Source: a virus
Lineage: Duplodnaviria; Caudoviricetes
Direction: 5' to 3' (one strand)
Virus record (IMG/VR): IMGVR_UViG_3300011438_000022
Span: 1 to 40,083 of that record
DNA length: 40,083 nucleotides
Positions within the stretch are counted from its first letter, which is position 1, and every line of letters starts with the position of its first letter. Shown one piece after another: positions 34,657 to 40,083 of this stretch. Below the pieces are notes generated by a model. That model was not told the origin of the DNA. It searched no databases and saw only the letters and a list, made by a program, of their open reading frames with translations. The position numbers and the translations under genes were made by a program.

Positions 34657-36456
34657 TTATTTTCTACCGAGTTTTATTTCCACTCTTCTATTCTTTTGTC
34701 GACCGTCGCTGGTTGAATTATCAGCTATAGGTACGCCCGCGCCGTAGCCTTTAGATCTGATTCGATCTGGGTTCTCGCTATCTGTTTTAGATAAAATGTA
34801 GTGTCTAACTGCATCAGCCCTTGCTTTTGAAAGAGTTATGTTAGCACTTGGATTTCCTGTATTATCGGTGTGTCCTGCTACTTCTACAAGCAAATTATCT
34901 GCGACAGTTATTTGATTTGCTACGTTATCTAAAATTACAAAAGAACTTGGTCGAATGTTCGCTGAACCTGTTTCAAACTCAATCGAATAAGATCTGTCAC
35001 CAACTACCTCCTTAATCTGATCATTAGAAGCGAATTGTGGCTTAGAAGCTGTCCCCATTAAGGACTTATTTCTAAGGTAAACAGCTTTAAAATAAGACCA
35101 ATCAGTCACTTCGTCATAACTAGGAAACTCTTTTAACAGCTCAGGGTAAGATTCTTTACAAATGTTTCCAAATGTATTATATACAGTTTTATATTTATCT
35201 GAACCACTTATTCCTATGTAAGCTGCTACATCAGCTAAATTAAAAACTCTTGAGCCTCCTATTTTAACAGTGTTTCCATCTTCATCGTCGAAATCATATC
35301 CAATATAGGCCTTAGAATAGTCTTCTTCAGTCATATTGTTGTCTGCGTAAACTAGTTGTGAGACTTTACAAGCTATTTGAAGAGCCTCATTATGACTTTT
35401 TACCTGATCTCCTCCTTTACCGATTGCTTCTATTAGATTTTCGACAAGTTTACGATTGTCTTGAGCCCATTTCTTAATGAATATAATAGCGTTACCCATT
35501 TGAGATCCATAATCAGCTGTGGAAGCGGCAGTAACAAGTCCACCCTTTTCCTTAACAGCAACGAGATCGCCTGGGAACCAAGTAGCCACTCCAGTGCATG
35601 ATATTGTAGTATCTTTATCTGTAAGTTTACCGTTCCTAACTATTTTTAAAGTAACCTTTTGACCTGATACATAAAACTTGGCTGCTTCCATATAATCATC
35701 ATTAGGTGCTGACACAAAATTAACCTTTTTAGGATCATAAGTCCCATTATCATAATTAATATCCCACCCATTTTGTTGACATTTCATGACTGCAATGTTC
35801 CAATCACCATCTCTAATTACGGTACAAGTTAAACTTCCCCTTGCATCTTTCACGTATTTTGGCTTTAGAAGCCATTTATCTTCTCCAAAAGACGCCCCTC
35901 CAAAAGTTAGTATCTGTGCTACATATTCGTCTCCGAAGTCTTTCTTGAGCCTTGTATTGAGTCCTGCAAGGTAATTTGGACATCCGTCGCCCATCCAACC
36001 TATAAAATGACAACCTTTAGAGGGATTAGCTTCTCCTGAATGTAGAGCTTCTGCGAACCCGTATAAGTCTTCAGCTTGCTTAGCACAAGAATTTTGTACA
36101 TCTAATCTGACGTTTAAGTTTAATTCTTGAGCCAGCGACCCAACTGAGGTCTGTTTTCCCCCTATAGCGTACATTATTCCCATTTGAGCATTCCATCCCA
36201 TTAATTCTCCTCGAATCTCGGGCCCCTCCATGGAAGCTTGAGTATTAAATTCTGGAATATTTCTGAAAGGTGCGTTTGCATTTTTATCGTATGCTAGTGG
36301 AGGTAATCCTGTAGCTTTAGTAGTTACAACTACTATTTTGGCTTTTTTTGGAAAAAACGTATTATAAGCGAGCCTGCCTCCAAGGAACGAACCTGCTATT
36401 ATAACTAAGACGAGAAATTGTCCTCCCCTTGTCATTTCTTTACCGAGTAGTTTCAT
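34657..36456 (-). CDS. Membrane-anchored substrate-binding protein fused to an OmpA-like peptidoglycan-binding domain
   Basis: N-terminal TM; C-terminal FETGSA...GHTDNTG...N..LSKARA..V...GYG...P...N....GR..NRRVEI; central domain assigned from the ABC context and the SFGEDK motif. Confidence 0.88.
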   Translation of the reverse strand: MKLLGKEMTRGGQFLVLVIIAGSFLGGRLAYNTFFPKKAKIVVVTTKATGLPPLAYDKNANAPFRNIPEFNTQASMEGPEIRGELMGWNAQMGIMYAIGGKQTSVGSLAQELNLNVRLDVQNSCAKQAEDLYGFAEALHSGEANPSKGCHFIGWMGDGCPNYLAGLNTRLKKDFGDEYVAQILTFGGASFGEDKWLLKPKYVKDARGSLTCTVIRDGDWNIAVMKCQQNGWDINYDNGTYDPKKVNFVSAPNDDYMEAAKFYVSGQKVTLKIVRNGKLTDKDTTISCTGVATWFPGDLVAVKEKGGLVTAASTADYGSQMGNAIIFIKKWAQDNRKLVENLIEAIGKGGDQVKSHNEALQIACKVSQLVYADNNMTEEDYSKAYIGYDFDDEDGNTVKIGGSRVFNLADVAAYIGISGSDKYKTVYNTFGNICKESYPELLKEFPSYDEVTDWSYFKAVYLRNKSLMGTASKPQFASNDQIKEVVGDRSYSIEFETGSANIRPSSFVILDNVANQITVADNLLVEVAGHTDNTGNPSANITLSKARADAVRHYILSKTDSENPDRIRSKGYGAGVPIADNSTSDGRQKNRRVEIKLGRK

Positions 36457-36476
36457 AATTTTTGTTTTAAAAGTTA

Positions 36477-36857
36477 TTATTCCTCAATTCTATTAGCTAA
36501 TTCTTCTTGATACCATTTTCTGAAAGCATCATGGTCTAAATGAATTAGCCATACTTTAATAGTGTTGCCGGTTTTTGGATTCACGTCTGAATTTGTCTGA
36601 AATAAATTACCACACACTTTCACTTTTTCTATTTCTGCTGCAAGTAGTTCGCCTCTTGAGGCGCTTTCTTCTTTTACAACATCAGAAAAAAGTACAAAAG
36701 CTGCTGGTCTTGGATTAGCTTTATGATAGAGATGATTGGCCAACGAAAAGAGCGTTCTGCTAGCCGACTTTCTAGGTAAGTGGTGCATCTCAACGACTCC
36801 ACAAGACACATAAGATTTGTTAAATTGTGCTTGTTCTGAATTAATAAATTCTCCCAT
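36477..36857 (-). CDS. GNAT-like (C)CG-family protein, paralog 4 (divergent)
   Basis: VSCGVVEM...FVLFSD...VNPKTGNTIKVW. Confidence 0.55.
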   Translation of the reverse strand: MGEFINSEQAQFNKSYVSCGVVEMHHLPRKSASRTLFSLANHLYHKANPRPAAFVLFSDVVKEESASRGELLAAEIEKVKVCGNLFQTNSDVNPKTGNTIKVWLIHLDHDAFRKWYQEELANRIEE

Positions 36858-36874
36858 TGTATTTAAGTTTTAAA

Positions 36875-36930
36875 GTAAAAAGGGGGCTAAAAGTTCACAA
36901 CCGGGCTTGAATCCCAGACTCCGCCCCCTT
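36875..36930 (-). terminator. Terminator-like extended hairpin with an internal stem-loop
   Basis: AAGGGGGC...GCCCCCTT followed by TTT, enclosing CTGGG-ATTCAAG-CCCGG. Confidence 0.6.
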
Positions 36931-37014
36931 GAATTAAGTGGTACGAGTTAAAAACGAGCCATCCTTGAACTTTATTCTAAAGTTCTGCGTAGAAGTTTGT
37001 TTCAAATTTCAAGT

Positions 37015-37092
37015 TTAGTTAAAAAGGTTCTCGATTTTATTTTTAATGAAGTAGACTATGACACCGCCTACTATAAATCCAAAAATAAACAT
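37015..37092 (-). CDS. 25-aa single-TM peptide (MFIFGFIVGGVIVYFIKNKIENLFN), not in the ORF track
   Basis: ATG with an A-rich leader 11 nt after the upstream stop; hydrophobic GxxxG helix followed by basic residues. Confidence 0.55.
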   Translation of the reverse strand: MFIFGFIVGGVIVYFIKNKIENLFN

Positions 37093-37103
37093 GTTTTTAA
37101 TTT

Positions 37104-38057
37104 TTAGTCTAATAATCCTGTTTTCTTTTTGATGGGTTGATAAGAGAGGGTTTCACTTGGAAGCTTGTTAAAAACTGAATAATCTGCTGGAAGCAAAAGT
37201 TTTTCATCCTTAAGATTATTAAGTGCTGCAAGACCTTCTTCAGTCCTAAGATTTTTTTCAGTGTTAATTCCTTTCATCATGTCTTTAGACTTATTTTCAA
37301 AGTCTTCAATATAGGCCATCTTCTGGCTTACATTTTCTTCGAGGGCCTTAAGAGATTCTTCATAAAGTCTTTCTGCTTCAGAAGCTTCAGCAAACGATGA
37401 GGCTTGTTTTAATGCTTTTACCATTTCTCTTAAATTAACATATTCTTCTTCCTTTCTTTCGATTTCATGTCCTAGGCCGTCAATTGAATAGCCCCAGTTT
37501 TCGCTTAGCTCATTTAAAAACTTATCATTTTCTTCAAGCTTAGCGTAAATGGGACGATAAAGATCAAGCGATTGCTTATCTCCTTGAAGATAGGTTCCAT
37601 ATAGAGCTGCTTGTTTTTGATCTCCAGCTTTAAGGGCTGCTTGGCCCAATCGCCTATTCTTTTCTACTTCTCCAGTCAATTGTTCCATTTTTCTGCCAAG
37701 CTTGATTTTTTTCCCTTCAAGCGCTACTTTTACTGTATCTAAATTTCTTTTCTTTTTTTGAAGGTATTCTAAATATCCTTTCATGATAGACAGAGGATCC
37801 ATTTTCACGAACACGCTTACAATTCCACGGCAGATTCTTTTATATTGCATCCACAAGAAAGTCTGATTTGAAATTATGAAAAGAGTTAGAAAGGCTAATG
37901 GTACTCCTAATCCAACAAGCCAATAGACGTTTTTCATCAAATCTATTAGAGTAGGAGCGATATAGTTCACAAGCTTTATTCCTCCCCAAATAAGTCCTGC
38001 GAAGATGGCAATTCTAACGAATTTCTCACCTCCTGTAGTTTTATTCATTTGTATCAT
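37104..38057 (-). CDS. Membrane-anchored coiled-coil protein, PspA/IM30/ESCRT-III-like
   Basis: Two N-terminal TMs, then DPLSIM...long heptad helices with an ALKAGDQKQAA hairpin resembling PspA ALxxGxEdLA. Confidence 0.65.
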   Translation of the reverse strand: MIQMNKTTGGEKFVRIAIFAGLIWGGIKLVNYIAPTLIDLMKNVYWLVGLGVPLAFLTLFIISNQTFLWMQYKRICRGIVSVFVKMDPLSIMKGYLEYLQKKKRNLDTVKVALEGKKIKLGRKMEQLTGEVEKNRRLGQAALKAGDQKQAALYGTYLQGDKQSLDLYRPIYAKLEENDKFLNELSENWGYSIDGLGHEIERKEEEYVNLREMVKALKQASSFAEASEAERLYEESLKALEENVSQKMAYIEDFENKSKDMMKGINTEKNLRTEEGLAALNNLKDEKLLLPADYSVFNKLPSETLSYQPIKKKTGLLD

Positions 38058-38673
38058 TTAAGTAAGTTTGAATTTTTTTAATTCGACTGTTTATGCTTTC
38101 ACAAGCTTTAGTAAACTCCTGTTCAAGTGCAGCACCTCTATAAGAGATTTTAAATGAATTTGTCGTCGCGTTTGCCTGGATTTCTGCAATTTTAGCGTTG
38201 TTTTCTCCGATTTTTCTTGCTAGTGTTTCATTTTCTTTAGCTAAAGTTTTAACCTCGGCAAGAGGAATTTCGACAAGATTTTTTTTACTCTTTGCAATGT
38301 CTTCATCTTCAGCCTTCTTTTTTTCCTCAATATTCTCAAGGTAAAACCTGGCTGAGTTAATAAGTTGACTCATACTTATTCCTTGAGCTTTAAAAGAGTT
38401 AAAAGAAGTAATGAATTTTTGTTGCTCCTCAACTGGGAGGGAAGAATTAAGCTGAAGTATTTTACAAAACTCCAGATAATCTGGGCCCGATTGGTTATAC
38501 TCCTCCATTACTTTTTCGAAGAAGCCGGTCAAAGAACTATCAGGAGCAACTGATTGTTCAAGCTTGAATTTTGTTTCAAAATTCATCAATGAAGAATCTT
38601 TTGATTCTTCAAGTATTGGTTTAGTTTTAGGAGCAGCTTTTGGAGGCTCCTTATCCTTAAAAAAAAGTCCCAT
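38041..38673 (-). CDS. Helical/coiled-coil partner protein
   Basis: MGLFF start, GPDYLEF motif and C-terminal coiled coil; coupled to the PspA-like gene. Confidence 0.7.
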   Translation of the reverse strand: MGLFFKDKEPPKAAPKTKPILEESKDSSLMNFETKFKLEQSVAPDSSLTGFFEKVMEEYNQSGPDYLEFCKILQLNSSLPVEEQQKFITSFNSFKAQGISMSQLINSARFYLENIEEKKKAEDEDIAKSKKNLVEIPLAEVKTLAKENETLARKIGENNAKIAEIQANATTNSFKISYRGAALEQEFTKACESINSRIKKIQTYLNDTNE

Positions 38674-38695
38674 AATTTTTTCTATTTTTTGTTAG

Positions 38696-39274
38696 TTAAT
38701 CATCATCATCCCCATAATAACTTTCCTCCTCTTCCTCATCATATTCATACTCCTCGTCCTCATATGCAAACTCTCCATCATCTTCCTCTTTCTTTACCGT
38801 TTTCTTTCTTTTAGGTGTTTTTTTCTTCCCTTCCTTGAATTTTGTATCAAAATTCTTACTTGAACGTTCAAGAATGGAGCTCTTTATTTCACTTAAATCC
38901 ATTTCTGCTAAGGCTTCGGTAATCTCTTTTTCTGTTTTAGAGAGACTGGCGGGGTCATAAACATTTCGATGTGTATCATAACAATATTCACCACCGCTTA
39001 AAATTCCTCTGATTTTCAGCCTATTTACTATTTTAGAAGCTTCCCTTAAAGTAATAGAAGGGTGGTAAGTTTTTAATAGTAAATAAAAGTCTTCTTTTGT
39101 TCGTCTTTTGTTGGACTGGCATTGAATGTGTCCTTTTTCATCATAAGTTTGAAATCTTCTGATAAAGAAGTTATGAATTAAATGTGAAAGGTTTCTTATT
39201 TTAGCATTTGTGAGGGCAAACCTTAAAGGAGTAAATCCTTCTAATCTTGCTTGTATTTGTTCAAAAGTAGGCAT
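38696..39274 (-). CDS. Hypothetical protein with a Lys-rich patch and a highly acidic tail
   Basis: KKKTPKRKKTVKK followed by EEDDGEFAYEDEEYEYDEEEESYYGDDDD. Confidence 0.7.
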   Translation of the reverse strand: MPTFEQIQARLEGFTPLRFALTNAKIRNLSHLIHNFFIRRFQTYDEKGHIQCQSNKRRTKEDFYLLLKTYHPSITLREASKIVNRLKIRGILSGGEYCYDTHRNVYDPASLSKTEKEITEALAEMDLSEIKSSILERSSKNFDTKFKEGKKKTPKRKKTVKKEEDDGEFAYEDEEYEYDEEEEESYYGDDDD

Positions 39275-39331
39275 ATTAAAATAATTTAAAAAATCTGAGG
39301 ACTTTATGAATAAAGAAGTTCCATTTTTTGT

Positions 39332-39823
39332 TTAGAGTTCCCATTTGTGTATGATTATGATTGCTTTAGGAGTATTTGATCCGTCTTCGATGAACTCTAA
39401 GGTCCAGTTTTGAGTATTTAACCATCGCCTGAATTCTACTTGATTACCAAAAATTCCATTAGTCCAATATGGAATAGTAAAAGAAATTATCTTGCCACCT
39501 GGTTTTAACCATCCAAGCATTCTGGTAATAAACCCACAATCTACATTGTTAGCAGTGGGAGGAATAGCAATTACATAGTCATACTCAGGTATGGGTTCTT
39601 GAGTAATGAAATTCCTCCCTTTAACTATAAATCCGTGATACATTAAATACTGGGAATTTTGAGCATTAAGTTCAAAGCAATCTACTTCAACTCCATAATC
39701 TCTCAGGAGCGCTCCAAGAGCGCCATTTCCCGCACAGGGATCAAGTATTTTTATATCTTCCTTTTGATGATTTTCATCTTTAGAAAGATCTACGTGCGCG
39801 AGAAGGCGGTTTATTAAGTCCAT
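39332..39823 (-). CDS. N6-adenine methyltransferase-like protein with an altered catalytic motif
   Basis: ILDPCAGNGAL SAM motif, YDYVIAIPPT in place of NPPF/Y, and LKPGG; start placed at MDLIN (ORF track gives 39886). Confidence 0.75.
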   Translation of the reverse strand: MDLINRLLAHVDLSKDENHQKEDIKILDPCAGNGALGALLRDYGVEVDCFELNAQNSQYLMYHGFIVKGRNFITQEPIPEYDYVIAIPPTANNVDCGFITRMLGWLKPGGKIISFTIPYWTNGIFGNQVEFRRWLNTQNWTLEFIEDGSNTPKAIIIIHKWEL

Positions 39824-40040
39824 TTTCTCTGGATTTTTTTGTACGTCTGAGCTTTGCTTGCTCTTCAGGAATAATTTTTTTTGCAAGATTTTCTAACTCC
39901 TTTTTTATTTGTGCTAATTTCTCTGGAGAGTAGGGAAAGCCCCCTTTGTAGGCTGCTCCTATTTTCAGACGATACTCAAGTCTTTGAGCAGCCGTTATTC
40001 TACGATTGTTAACCCTTGTGGGGTTGTTTTTCATTTTCAT
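39780..40040 (-). CDS. Small basic hypothetical protein
   Basis: 86-aa Lys/Arg-rich ORF. Confidence 0.6.
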   Translation of the reverse strand: MKMKNNPTRVNNRRITAAQRLEYRLKIGAAYKGGFPYSPEKLAQIKKELENLAKKIIPEEQAKLRRTKKSRENGLNKPPSRARRSF

Positions 40041-40083
40041 ACTTTTGATTTGCGAGGACTTTTAGAGTTTCGTAGTTTAAAGC

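Noticed and set aside
2650-38553. Most plus-strand ORFs in the track (e.g. 2650, 3250, 6242, 10162, 10924, 14466, 25963, 28128, 32296, 35786, 38365)
   Set aside because: They lie antisense to well-supported minus-strand genes and have shadow-ORF composition with no motifs
1-40083. Stop-codon reassignment (TAG or TGA recoding), as in some crAss-like phages
   Set aside because: Conserved enzymes are full length under the standard code, TAA, TAG and TGA all end genes at tight junctions, and no suppressor tRNA is seen
1-40083. CRISPR array, integrase, transposase, or virion and packaging genes
   Set aside because: No regularly spaced direct repeats and no recognisable motifs for these proteins were found in the window

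Overview
A gene-dense, AT-rich 40 kb segment of a large tailed bacteriophage, almost certainly infecting a Bacteroidota host (TAnnTTTG promoters, no Shine-Dalgarno signals, crAss-like or Flavobacterium-phage-like replication genes). Nearly all genes are on the minus strand, the standard genetic code gives full-length ORFs, and no virion genes lie in the window. Four blocks stand out. (1) A replication and recombination set: family A DNA polymerase, dUTPase, PD-(D/E)XK nuclease, Holliday junction resolvase, primase, SSB, AAA_24/Sak4-like ATPase, DnaB-like helicase, NinB, NinG and an HNH nuclease. (2) An expanded phiEco32-type peptide/amide-ligase cluster at 7.5-17 kb: COOH-NH2 ligase, two class I glutamine amidotransferases, amidoligase, class II amidotransferase with a propeptide, ATP-grasp ligase and gamma-glutamylcyclotransferases. 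It is interleaved with a family of 4-5 paralogous GNAT-like (C)CG...LGYS...NxRtgN proteins that are also scattered elsewhere in the window. (3) A PRS-like plus NAMPT-like pair matching the NARP1 NAD+ reconstitution anti-defence pathway, with an extra HAD phosphatase inserted between them, flanked by two unannotated, highly structured non-coding elements (about 460 nt and about 120 nt, the latter a pseudoknot). (4) A complete ABC transporter (binding protein-OmpA fusion, permease, ATPase) with a membrane-anchored PspA/ESCRT-III-like coiled-coil pair and an aberrant tRNA with anticodon AUU. All family assignments come from motif recognition by eye; no database search or folding program was run.
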